A stretch of 64,000 bases of DNA from an uncultured Verrucomicrobiae bacterium (GTDB lineage Bacteria > Verrucomicrobiota > Verrucomicrobiia > Chthoniobacterales > UBA10450): the NCBI GenBank assembly GCA_963772365.1, contig CAVYXA010000005.1:96001-160000 (forward strand), given 5' to 3'. Positions 19,020 through 28,640 of this stretch are shown piece after piece. The notes under the pieces were generated by a model, which had not been told where the DNA came from, made no database searches, and worked only from the letters and a program-made list of their open reading frames with translations. A program made the translations under genes and the position numbers. Each line of letters starts with the position of its first letter. Position 1 is the stretch's first letter.

Positions 19020-20431
19020 CCCGCGCCAAATCCCTCACCACCAGGCTCGGTCATTGCGATCGGATCAAGTGCGCGATCCAGTTCTGCCTCGGGTAAAATC
19101 TTCTTCTCACGGCAGATTTCGCGGACGGTCCTGCCAGTCTTCGCACTTTCCTTGGCGATCTCGGCAGCGCGATCGTACCCGATTTTCGGAGCCAAACTCG
19201 TGACCATGGCCATCGATAGTTCAACGAGGTCCTGACACCGCTTTTTGTTAGCGATGATGCCCGTGACACATTTCTCCCGGAAGGCGTCGCAAACGTTCGA
19301 TAGCAGACGGATCGATTCGAGAAGGTTATGCGCCATCACCGGCATCATCACGTTCAGTTCGAAATTTCCGTTTGCTCCGGCCCAGGTGATAGCGGTGTCG
19401 TTGCCAATGACCTCCGCGCATACCATCATCATCGATTCGCACAACACCGGATTGACTTTCCCCGGCATGATGGAGCTGCCCGGCTGCGTAGCCGGCAATT
19501 GAATTTCTCCGATCCCGCACCGTGGACCGCTTCCGAGCCAGCGAATATCGTTAGCGATCTTGAACAGACTGACCGCGATTGTCTTTAAATGCCCGCTCGC
19601 TTCGACCACGGCATCTTTCCCGCCCTGAGCCTCGAAATGGTTCTTCGCTTCGTAAAATTGAATGGTTGTCCGCTGTTCGAGATGCCGCATGATTTTCGCT
19701 GGAAGATCGACATGTCGGTTCAGACCGGTTCCGACTGCCGTCCCACCCAGGGCCAGTTCGCGCAAAACCTCCAGCGCTTTTTCAGCTCGCAGTTTTCCAT
19801 GGGCTATCTGCTGAGCGTAACCGGAGAATTCCTGGCCCAAGCGGATCGGCGTGGCATCCATTAAATGCGTGCGCCCGATCTTGATAATGTCCCGAAATTC
19901 TCCCGCCTTGCTTTCGAGCGCGTGCTGCAATTTCTCGAGGGCCGGCACGAGATGATTCTTCAATTGCTCGGCCGCGCTGATGTGAATCGCCGATGGAATC
20001 ACATCGTTGCTCGATTGACCCATGTTGACGTGATCGTTCGGATGAACAACCTCGCGGGAGCCGATTGGTTTACCGGCAAGCTGGGCGCAGCGATTCGCGA
20101 TCACTTCGTTCGCGTTCGTGTTCGTGCTCGTTCCGGAGCCGGTTTGGAAAATGTCGAGCGGGAAGTGCGCGTCGAGTTTTCCATCGACAACTTCTTCGGC
20201 GGCCTGGACGATCAATGCCGCGCGTTCGGCATCGAGCAATCCCAGGTCGTGGTTCGATTGCGCCGCGGCCCATTTGATTAGACCGAGCGCTCGAATAAAC
20301 GGCCGGGGGAATCGATACCCGCTGATCGGGAAATTCAGAACCGCCCGTTGGGTGGACGCACCATAGAGCGCCGTTGCCGGGACGGACATCTCGCCCATCG
20401 AATCTTTTTCCATCCGCGTTGGCTCAGCCAT
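19016..20431 (-). CDS. fumC: Class II fumarate hydratase
   Basis: R.EKDSMG, QTGSGTSTN.N, HPNDHVN, GRTHLMDA and GSSIMPGKVNP signature. Confidence 0.95.
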   Translation of the reverse strand: MAEPTRMEKDSMGEMSVPATALYGASTQRAVLNFPISGYRFPRPFIRALGLIKWAAAQSNHDLGLLDAERAALIVQAAEEVVDGKLDAHFPLDIFQTGSGTSTNTNANEVIANRCAQLAGKPIGSREVVHPNDHVNMGQSSNDVIPSAIHISAAEQLKNHLVPALEKLQHALESKAGEFRDIIKIGRTHLMDATPIRLGQEFSGYAQQIAHGKLRAEKALEVLRELALGGTAVGTGLNRHVDLPAKIMRHLEQRTTIQFYEAKNHFEAQGGKDAVVEASGHLKTIAVSLFKIANDIRWLGSGPRCGIGEIQLPATQPGSSIMPGKVNPVLCESMMMVCAEVIGNDTAITWAGANGNFELNVMMPVMAHNLLESIRLLSNVCDAFREKCVTGIIANKKRCQDLVELSMAMVTSLAPKIGYDRAAEIAKESAKTGRTVREICREKKILPEAELDRALDPIAMTEPGGEGFGAG

Positions 20432-21050
20432 TTGCCGATCGCTTCGCGGGAAAACGGTTCCATTCGGGTTCGGAACTGCGGCTGCCATTCAGCGTATCCG
20501 CCTTTTGGAAAACTGTGATGAACATCGGTGGAATATTTTGAAGACAATATTCCGATTCCGAATGCTCGAATAACGTGGCGTGCTGTTTCAACTCATTGGT
20601 GACCTGGTAAATGATAAAACGGCCTCCCGGCGCCAGGGCATCATGCGTTTTTTGCAGAAGGGCGCGTTTTTTGTCGATCTTCAGGATGCTAAAGGGAATG
20701 CCGGAGAGAATGTAATCGCAATGGGCGAAGCCGAGCCGGTGGAGTTCCTGCGGCAAAGAAGCGGCGTCGGCATGAATGACATGAACGCGTGGATCGCCCG
20801 CGAACTGTTGTTCGAGGTTGCGCGCAAACGCGGGATCGAGCTCGAATAAAAGCAGGTGCGAGTCCCGGCCCATCCGGCGGGCAATCTCGCGGGAGTGAAC
20901 TCCTTCCCCGGGGCCGTATTCGGCAATCACCCGGGGCTGGCTGAAATCCATTTTGCTGGCCACACGTTCGACCAGAGCTTTCGAGCTGGGTACGATTGAG
21001 GCGATTTGGAACGGACGTTTCAGAAATCGCTTGAAGAACAGCGCGCTCAT
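20424..21050 (-). CDS. Phospholipid N-methyltransferase-like SAM methyltransferase
   Basis: IASIVPSS, EYGPGEG, DYILSGIPF, GGRFIIYQ, NIPP. Confidence 0.8.
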   Translation of the reverse strand: MSALFFKRFLKRPFQIASIVPSSKALVERVASKMDFSQPRVIAEYGPGEGVHSREIARRMGRDSHLLLFELDPAFARNLEQQFAGDPRVHVIHADAASLPQELHRLGFAHCDYILSGIPFSILKIDKKRALLQKTHDALAPGGRFIIYQVTNELKQHATLFEHSESEYCLQNIPPMFITVFQKADTLNGSRSSEPEWNRFPAKRSANG

Positions 21051-21267
21051 CGCGGCGGAACAGTCCACCGGCGTTTCCTCATTGTCCAGACGAAGTATAA
21101 CGGCAATCGTCTCATGTTCATCAAATCGTGGCATATGCCCTCGGCTGAGGCATAAATTGCATGGCCGGCCATGTCCTAACAAAAGATTGACATCTTTTCT
21201 AAAATTTATAATGCTTTTATTTGCGAAATGTCTTGCCCATTCTCCCCTAAATTGATGATTTCCTAAC

Positions 21268-21819
21268 ATGCATAACCTGCTTACGGTTAAGGAAACGGCC
21301 AAATACCTTCGTATCCCGTTGCCCACCGTTTACTATCTTGTTCAGCGGGGACAGCTGCCGGCAATCCAAATTGGCGGCCGTTGGCGCATCAAGAAGAGTT
21401 CCCTCGACAAAGATATCCTCAAAGAGGACAAATCCGGTCAACCAACCGTGCTCGTTGTCGATGACGACGAGAGTCTGCAGAATCTTTTCCGAATTTTTCT
21501 CAAGAAAATTGGGTTCAGCCGGGTCGTGGTCGGCACGGTCAAGGAAGCTTTGGTGGCATTGGACAAGCAGAAGTTCGATCTGATTTTTCTCGATCTAAAA
21601 TTACCCGATGGACCGGCCGATGATGTCTATGATTCGGCGAAGAAGTCGCAGCCACATTGTCCGATCATCATCATTACCGGCTATCCGGACAGCGAGATGC
21701 TGGATCGGATTCTGGCCCGCGGTCCGGTCACGGTTCTAAAAAAGCCGCTCAAGGTCGAGCAACTGAAAGAAACGGTCCGCATCCTTGGACACAAGGAAGC
21801 AGTCAAGCTTGCGGCCTAG
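21268..21819 (+). CDS. Excisionase-type HTH + response regulator receiver protein
   Basis: LLTVKETAKYLRI..PTVY...GQLPA..IGGRWRI followed by VLVVDDD...FLDLKLP...ITG...KP. Confidence 0.9.
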   Translation: MHNLLTVKETAKYLRIPLPTVYYLVQRGQLPAIQIGGRWRIKKSSLDKDILKEDKSGQPTVLVVDDDESLQNLFRIFLKKIGFSRVVVGTVKEALVALDKQKFDLIFLDLKLPDGPADDVYDSAKKSQPHCPIIIITGYPDSEMLDRILARGPVTVLKKPLKVEQLKETVRILGHKEAVKLAA

Positions 21820-21860
21820 TTTTCCGCATTCGCGGGGACCAAGATCGACGTCGCAACGCG

Positions 21861-22569
21861 CTAGATTTTTGGAGCGAAAAGTAATTTCGTGTGGCGATCG
21901 ATAGTCGCGCCTTGAGCCAGGAAAAAATCGCCCAGTTCCGAAGTGTAGGCCAGGCTGTCGTGCTGCGGGTTCAGATCCAGATAAATCCGGCCGCCGGGTA
22001 ACAGATGACGTCTGGCGTCCTGTAAAAAGTAGTCCCACTCTTCGATGCCCCAGGGGATGAATTGAGTCGGGCCTGTGAATGTGACCGAAAATGAGACGGA
22101 GAACGCCGTAATCCAATCGGTACTGAGCGCCAGTGTCAGGCAGAGGCTTAAACTTTTCGATTCGATGAACGATTCGCTGGAGCCCTAACAATTCAAACAT
22201 TTCGCGAAAAAGCGGACATTTGTCGATATCCAATCCCATGCCGGTGTGCCCCAGCACGCGCGCAACGAAAAGGAAAAAACCGGCGCCGGACCCGAGATCG
22301 AGGATTCGTTGCGACGGCAGCCGGTCGAGTCCGAGATCTTGAACGCGGCGAATATTCAGCTTCAAAAACCGCTCCGCCTCCACGTACTTAGGCCAGTCGC
22401 GGCTGCCAGAAACGCCATACGTTTGTTGAAGTCGCGTTAATTCCTTCTGATCAATCCGGGACATGAACCGGCTGACCGGCAATGGGTGTATCGCACGACG
22501 GATGGCGCGTTTCGCGCTGAGCGCCGCTGCCGGGTCAGTGAATTTTCGGAGTTTCTGCAAAAGTCTCAT
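21861..22569 (-). CDS. Class I SAM-dependent methyltransferase, 1-nt frameshift near 22120
   Basis: ILDLGSGAG motif. After GAQY the protein-like frame continues DWITAFSVSF...LLPGGRIYL...LLFAPKI* with the stop at 21861-21863. Confidence 0.75.
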
Positions 22570-22824
22570 GTCTCACAAGTGTACGGCCCATGCTGATAAT
22601 GGATGAGCGGCCAAGAATTCGCTTCAAACGCGGACAAAAACGAAAATGATCTCATAATGCACGAACAACTATGGGAACTATTCGCCATTGACGGAAACGC
22701 TCAAGCTCCTGTCTTGTTTTCCCGCTTCAAGAGATGAACATCGACGGCGCACCAACGGATGAGTAGCGACCCGCCACTTGCTTGCCACGCCCTGGCATTG
22801 GCGTAGGCTGGTCCCTGTTTTACT

Positions 22825-22899
<75 letters not shown>

Positions 22900-22957
22900 T
22901 CTTTCCCCTCTATGCGCCAACGATTTACGCATTTCTGTCCGCGAGCTTAGGACCCGA

Positions 22958-22990
22958 TTGTAACACTTTACTGTAACACTTTTGTAACGC
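22958..22990 (+). repeat. Arm-type repeats at the left attachment site
   Basis: TTGTAACACTTT, CTGTAACACTTT and TTGTAACGC; related to the YTGTCACAYTTT copies near the right end. Confidence 0.7.
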
Positions 22991-24402
22991 TGAGCCTCGA
23001 CGATGTCTAGGAGGCGGCGTTATGCACTCAGCGCACTGCTGGTCAAAGGCAAGGCGGTCGATGATTTCGCAGTCACGGAATCACCGTGACACGGAAAAGA
23101 GAACTGCTTTCCGCGTGAACCGATAACGACCTCTGCTCCGCGCAGAGCGAGCACAGTCAGAGGTGGAGCGCAGCAGAGCGAGCAATACCTTGACGGTGCA
23201 GAGTGAGCGGTACAATCGAAAGCCGGTTGAAGCTGATCAGCAAAAAGATCAATTAAACGCTGATTAAAATTCAGATACGTCGACCGCGGTTGATCGCGCA
23301 CCGATGCGGCTACGCAGCAGCGGCATCATGACTCCGGGAACCAGCCCGCGAAGTCTCCGGGCGCACGCAGGCACGCGCACGGAGAAAGCTCGGAGTCTTC
23401 GCGTTGGCGGACTGCGTTTAGATGTTTGCATCTGTGTTTTGTCTGCGCGGCCTGATTGTACACAGCGCGCGAGTCGCGTTAAGGTCGAGGTTGATTTGTT
23501 TGCTCATGTAGAACTGGTTTGATCAGCGGTTGTGACCATCCGCGATTCGCAGATTGCGAACGCGCGATGGTTCAGATGGCCTCTCGGCATCTGTGGTTGC
23601 AACTGAGTTTGAAGATCGCGGGTGCGTTGGCGGCGGCTTGCCGGTCATCGCGACGTTCGTTCGCGAAACGGAGGCAGGTTGCTCGCAGTTCATGTTCAGA
23701 ACGGGAGTGCGTCCGAGAGAGAATGGTTGATGTTGTCGTGCTGACCCTGAATTGTGGTTCACCTTCGCGAGAACCTGCGCGATCATTGCGGTGCTCACCG
23801 CTACGCCAACGGTTGCGAGTAGTTCGCGGATAAGGCCGAGCGATGCGTGCTTTTGCCGCAGCTCGATGATGCCGCCTTTCATCGGGATCAAGTTTGCGTG
23901 ACGTAGCTGTCGCGGCGGCGTGAATGCGCGCGCGACCTCGTTGAAACGCTGCGTGTGCGTTGCGATGTCTGCGGGTCCGCCCACATGTTTGGGCGCGGGT
24001 TAGCGACAGGCCGGAAATTCCTTAGCTTGGCTAAGGGGTAGGGCGTCCCTTCTAAAAACTCGGGGTGCATATACCCTTGGGTTGTCTCAGTTGAGGTGCC
24101 GAAATCGTCCGTGGGGCGAGCGGGCGTGAGCGCTCGCTCATTGGTGTTGTTTTCGTAATCGCGGTTGTCATTCCGCGCTTTGGACATCGCACGCGGCGTA
24201 CCGCCGTTGTCCTCACCGAGAGCAGAGGACGGATTGTTGTTCTTCCTTGGCTTTAATCGCTGGCGCGTCATTCCCTACATCGCGGGAACTCGTGTTGCGC
24301 GCTTATTTTGGCGTTCGCGCACGCGCTTCTACAGGACCTACCAGCAGCAATAGCCAATCACCGCGGGTTGGAGACTCAACTCCACTGCCTAATAGTCACA
24401 TG

Positions 24403-24427
24403 GCGGGTTCGAGCCCCGTAGGCCGCG
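24403..24427 (+). other. tRNA-like 3' fragment (T-arm + acceptor strand)
   Basis: GCGGG-TTCGAGC-CCCGT-AGGCCGCG; no D-arm, anticodon arm or CCA. Confidence 0.5.
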
Positions 24428-24440
24428 AGGTGGGGGACAA

Positions 24441-24848
24441 TCAGCGCCCGAATTCGACGAAATAAAATCGACTCGGTTTGTGTTTGAACAACAGCCAGCC
24501 CGCGATTGCACCGACGAATGTTGCGTCGATCACGGCGCGCAATCCGAGTTTCCACGGCACCGCATGGATGATTGCGCAGGTAACTCCATAAATAATGATC
24601 AGCGGCCAGATGAGCATGAATGTAATTCGCGCGCTGCGCCGATGGTGTTTCAACGCGAACGCCGTTGCACCCATCAAGAGCGCGACCATCGCGACGAGCG
24701 GTGCTGCGATTCTCAGCCACGCTCCTCGGTTTACCGCCGTCCCGCCAATAGTGTAGCCGCCGATGAAGCGGCCGAGATCGAGCAACACAGCGATGAATCC
24801 GATCAGGGCGCCGACGGCGTAAATTGCACAAAACCACATCAAAATCAT
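24441..24848 (-). CDS. Hypothetical 4-TM membrane protein
   Basis: 135-aa ORF with four hydrophobic segments. Confidence 0.6.
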   Translation of the reverse strand: MILMWFCAIYAVGALIGFIAVLLDLGRFIGGYTIGGTAVNRGAWLRIAAPLVAMVALLMGATAFALKHHRRSARITFMLIWPLIIIYGVTCAIIHAVPWKLGLRAVIDATFVGAIAGWLLFKHKPSRFYFVEFGR

Positions 24849-25004
24849 TAGGCGTGCCGAAGAACGCCGCGCCTAACGAAACGGCGATGAAAGAGTGATC
24901 GTGTCGCGTGACGAATTTGTCCAAAGCCAGACAACGCAGCGAATTCAAGTATCTTGTCGCATGGTCTGGATAGATTAAACTCATCGTCAGAAAAGGTTTA
25001 AGTT

Positions 25005-25703
25005 ATGTTGCGAAGCGTTAAGCAGCTTTACGGGAAAAAACTCGGCACATCTGGCGGCGAGATCGGCCATGTGAAGGACTTCTATTTTAATGATCAACAA
25101 TGGGTTATCCGATATGTTGTCGCGGACACGGGCTCATGGCTATCGGGGCGTTTAATTCTGATCTCTCCTCATGCTTTCGAAAACCTGTATCAAGACGGCG
25201 ACTGCCTGCTCGTGAATCTGACTCGGCAACAGATTGAAAACAGCCCTTCAATTGAGTCGCACAAGCCAGTCTCGCGACAATACGAAGAGGAGTATTATCG
25301 TTACTATGGATGGCCGTTCTACTGGGCCGGAGGCGAAATGTGGGGAGTGAGTGGTCTTCCTGTGGCTCCGCCGCCGCAGCTTGCGCCGAGTAAGAAAGCA
25401 AGCCGGGGTGGCCGCGCTCACAATGGCGACGATCCTCATCTGCGAAGCACACAGGCTCTGAGCGGTTACCACATTCAAACCAGCGAAGGAGCGATCGGCC
25501 ACGTCATCGACTTTATGATGGACGACAAGAGTTGGGCGATTCGTCACCTGGTCGTCGAAACTGGCCATTGGTATTCCGGCAAGGAAATCGTGATTTCACC
25601 GAAGCATATCGACCGGATCAGTTACGAGGAATCCAAGGTGTTTGTGAACGTGACCAAGGATGCCATCAAACATGCGAAGGAATACCACATGCCTCGCACG
25701 TGA
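25005..25703 (+). CDS. Tandem PRC-barrel domain protein
   Basis: Two repeats of G.IGHV.DF..DD..W.IR..V..TG.W. Confidence 0.9.
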   Translation: MLRSVKQLYGKKLGTSGGEIGHVKDFYFNDQQWVIRYVVADTGSWLSGRLILISPHAFENLYQDGDCLLVNLTRQQIENSPSIESHKPVSRQYEEEYYRYYGWPFYWAGGEMWGVSGLPVAPPPQLAPSKKASRGGRAHNGDDPHLRSTQALSGYHIQTSEGAIGHVIDFMMDDKSWAIRHLVVETGHWYSGKEIVISPKHIDRISYEESKVFVNVTKDAIKHAKEYHMPRT

Positions 25704-25772
25704 CTATCACGATACGCGGAATTTTAACCGATGCCCAAGAGAAGGTCTAACAAGGTAATCACTCAACAAACA

Positions 25773-25868
25773 ATGCAGGAAAGAAAACAGCATAAACAAG
25801 AGCAACTCGATCGTGGCGTCTACCCGTCGCACAGCGCTGCTGAGGCAGCGATCAAAGAACTTCCGTAA
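25773..25868 (+). pseudogene. N-terminal stub of a YflT/general-stress-like protein
   Basis: Reads ...GVYPSHSAAEAAIKELP*. An adjacent frame supplies NKSNSIVA before it, and SSF follows the stop. Confidence 0.5.
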
Positions 25869-25886
25869 TCCAGTTTTGGATCGCAC

Positions 25887-26930
25887 ATGCAAGCACTAAC
25901 CTATCTGGGCCCGGGTAAGCGAGCCCTGGAGACACGGCCGAAGCCGCTCATCCAGGCGGCGACAGACGCCATTGTCCGTGTGACTGCGACAACTATTTGT
26001 GGAACCGACCTCCACATCCTCAAAGGCGATGTGCCTACCGTTACCGCCGGCCGAATTTTGGGACACGAAGGGGTCGGCATCATCGAAGAAGTGGGAGGAA
26101 GTGTGTCCAATTTCAAGGTTGGGGCGCATGTACTTATCTCCTGCATTACATCCTGTGGAAGATGTACGAACTGCAAGAAAGGGATGTACTCACATTGCGA
26201 GAACGGCGGAGGATGGATTCTAGGCAATCTCATTGATGGGACGCAGGCGGAGTATGTTCGAATCCCCTACGCAGATAACAGTTTGTACCCAATTCCCGCC
26301 GGAGCTGATGAGGAAGCGCTGGTAATGTTGAGCGACATCTTGCCGACTGGTTTTGAGTGCGGCGTGTTGAATGGCACCGTCAAACCGGGTGATACGGTGG
26401 CGATTGTTGGGGCGGGCCCGATAGGTATGGCGGCACTTCTGACCGCGCAATTCTATTCTCCCGCAGAAATCATCATGATCGACGGAGATAAGAATCGGCT
26501 AGACGTCTCTACCAAGTTCGGAGCAACCAAAATCGTAAACCGTATCGGCGACAAGGCCGTCGAGGAAGTGATGGCGCTGACGGGGAACAGAGGCGTAGAC
26601 GTGGCCATCGAAGCCGTCGGCTTAACGGGAAGTTTCGATACATGCCAGAAGATCGTGGCCGCCGGCGGCCATATTGCCAACATCGGTGTCCACGGGAAAC
26701 CTGTGCAACTAAACCTGGATAAGCTTTGGTCGCACAATATCACCCTAACGACGCGCCTGGTTGATACCGTGACCACGCCAATGCTTTTAAAGACGGTGGT
26801 TTCGCGGAAGCTTCAACCGGAACAACTCATTACGCATCACTTCACCTTGAATGACGTGATGAAGGCCTACGATACCTTCGCAGATGCGGTTAACCAACGC
26901 GCGCTGAAGGTTATAATCACGAACGACTAG
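25887..26930 (+). CDS. Zinc-dependent alcohol dehydrogenase family protein
   Basis: ICGTDLH, GHEGVG, CGRCTNC..C, SDILPTG, GAGPIG. Confidence 0.92.
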   Translation: MQALTYLGPGKRALETRPKPLIQAATDAIVRVTATTICGTDLHILKGDVPTVTAGRILGHEGVGIIEEVGGSVSNFKVGAHVLISCITSCGRCTNCKKGMYSHCENGGGWILGNLIDGTQAEYVRIPYADNSLYPIPAGADEEALVMLSDILPTGFECGVLNGTVKPGDTVAIVGAGPIGMAALLTAQFYSPAEIIMIDGDKNRLDVSTKFGATKIVNRIGDKAVEEVMALTGNRGVDVAIEAVGLTGSFDTCQKIVAAGGHIANIGVHGKPVQLNLDKLWSHNITLTTRLVDTVTTPMLLKTVVSRKLQPEQLITHHFTLNDVMKAYDTFADAVNQRALKVIITND

Positions 26931-26980
26931 GGTGCCGCCAGCTTTACATTCGCGCAATTGACGTCAAACAGGAAAGACAA

Positions 26981-27400
26981 ATGAAGACACAAGTAGGTAT
27001 CTGGATCGACCACCGAGAAGCAAATATGGTGTTCCTGTCCCAAGACGGGGAAGCGACACGGCAAATCAAATCGAATGTCGAAAAGCAGCTTCGACGCTCA
27101 GGCGATTCCCCGTCTGACGAACGCTTTGAAACGCAGAGGGTGCCTGCGTCTGATCGGCGCGAAAAAGGATATGCGGGTCATCTCGCCAATTATTATGAGG
27201 AGATACTATCCGCTGTTCGTGGGGCAGATTCTGTTCTTATCTTTGGTCCGGGGGAGGCGAAAGGGGAACTACGAAAACATTTCCAGAAGCACAATCTCTC
27301 CACACGTATAGTGGGTTTTGAGACGGCTGACAAGATGACGAAGCGACAAATTACGCAGAAAGTGCGAAGCTTCTATATGGTCTCGCCCGCTGTTCACTGA
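26981..27400 (+). CDS. Host-attachment/eRF1-domain-like hypothetical protein
   Basis: GIWIDHREA, LIFGPGEAK and ETADKMT..QI motifs. Confidence 0.7.
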   Translation: MKTQVGIWIDHREANMVFLSQDGEATRQIKSNVEKQLRRSGDSPSDERFETQRVPASDRREKGYAGHLANYYEEILSAVRGADSVLIFGPGEAKGELRKHFQKHNLSTRIVGFETADKMTKRQITQKVRSFYMVSPAVH

Positions 27401-27445
27401 ATGGTAATCAACCTCGAATCGGGGCAAAAGCCGCCATCTAGCATT

Positions 27446-27856
27446 ATGAACAAAAATCCTCTGAACAAAGGCAGTTTAACCGAGAACGCTCGCGGTATTG
27501 GCACGGTAACTCCGGAGATGGTCGAGGCGCGTGCGCGTGAATTAGCGGCCATCGCAGGTCGTGTTCCGCCGCAACCGTCCGAGGTTGATTATGAACAGGC
27601 CAAACGTGAACTAACCGGCGGCTCGGAAATGGATGCGGAAGAGATGGCTCTGGAATCCATCGCCGAGTCGGAACGCTGGGATCCCGTCTCCGGCTCCAGT
27701 GGGCACCAGACGCAAGACTCGTTAGGCGAAGACGAAGACAGCGAAGGCCGAAGCGAGAGTGCGCAACTGGTGGAAGAAGGAATCAAAGAAGCGGAGCACG
27801 ATCAGATGCTCCAAGCCGCTCGGGCAGCTCAGAAAAGGGACCAAGGCGAACCGTAA
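27446..27856 (+). CDS. Acidic hypothetical protein
   Basis: 136-aa ORF with VEARARELA...DYEQAKREL and an acidic C-terminal half. Confidence 0.7.
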   Translation: MNKNPLNKGSLTENARGIGTVTPEMVEARARELAAIAGRVPPQPSEVDYEQAKRELTGGSEMDAEEMALESIAESERWDPVSGSSGHQTQDSLGEDEDSEGRSESAQLVEEGIKEAEHDQMLQAARAAQKRDQGEP

Positions 27857-27894
27857 TTTCTACCACGAGTGGCACCCAGCATGGCAAACAGCCA

Positions 27895-27936
27895 GTATTG
27901 AAGGTTGTGTCCTAATTAGGACACAACCGTATTGAA
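27895..27936. mobile_element. IS-like footprint: 26-bp perfect palindrome flanked by an 8-bp direct repeat
   Basis: GTATTGAA-[GGTTGTGTCCTAA|TTAGGACACAACC]-GTATTGAA. Confidence 0.75.
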
Positions 27937-27984
27937 AACTGAATGGCAGATCGAAATCGTCCGCCCTCAGATGTCTCCTTCAAA

Positions 27985-28640
27985 ATGGTTTCTACGAAAT
28001 CGGTGATCCGGCGTCGGATAACGAAACGGTCAAGAGAGATTACGACGTTGTTTTTGGATATCGGCGGTGTCCTGCTCACGGACGGGTGGCAACACGAATC
28101 ACGGAAACGCGCGGCGGAGGCGTTCCATCTGGATCTCAGCGAAATGGAGGAGCGGCATCACCTGACCTTCGATACCTACGAGGAGGGAAAGCTCAATTTG
28201 GAAGAATATCTGGGCCGGGTGGTCTTCTACAAAAAACGGCCGTTCACGCAGGCGCAGTTTCGGCGTTTCATGTTCGCGCAGTCGAAGCCTCACCCCGAGA
28301 TGATCGAGTTGGTCCGCCGGCTCAAAGCCAGGCATCGATTGAAGATCATCGTAGTGAGCAACGAAGCACGGGAGTTAAATGCCTACCGCATTCGAAAGTT
28401 CCGGCTGGACCGCTTTGTCGATCTTTTATTTCCTCCTGCTTCGTCCACCTCCGCAAGCCCGACGCGGAATCTTCCGGCTGGCACTGGACATCGCCCAGGC
28501 GCCGGCGGCGGTACGTATATATCGGAAGACCCCGATGTTCGTTCAGATCGCGGAAGTTGGGGATTCGAAGCGTTCTCCACAAGGATTACAAATCCACTCG
28601 CGCGCGACTGGCGGCGTTGGGATTGAAAACAGTCAGATGA
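27985..28640 (+). pseudogene. HAD-family phosphatase with several frameshifts at 28420-28560
   Basis: FLDIGGVL motif I and VVSNE are in one frame. FISSCFVHLRKPD, PMFVQIA and LGIRSVLH lie in other frames. Confidence 0.75.

Noticed and set aside
21268..21819. Excisionase of the island
   Set aside because: It lies outside the left repeat and is fused to a receiver domain. The gene at 59437 is the better candidate.
23980..24060. Phage cos site
   Set aside because: Only loose resemblance, and no terminase or HNH gene nearby.
24860..24880. Integron attC/core site (GTTAGGC on the minus strand before the 135-aa gene)
   Set aside because: No matching inverse core or attC hairpin after the gene, and the integrase shows no obvious IntI-specific insertion.
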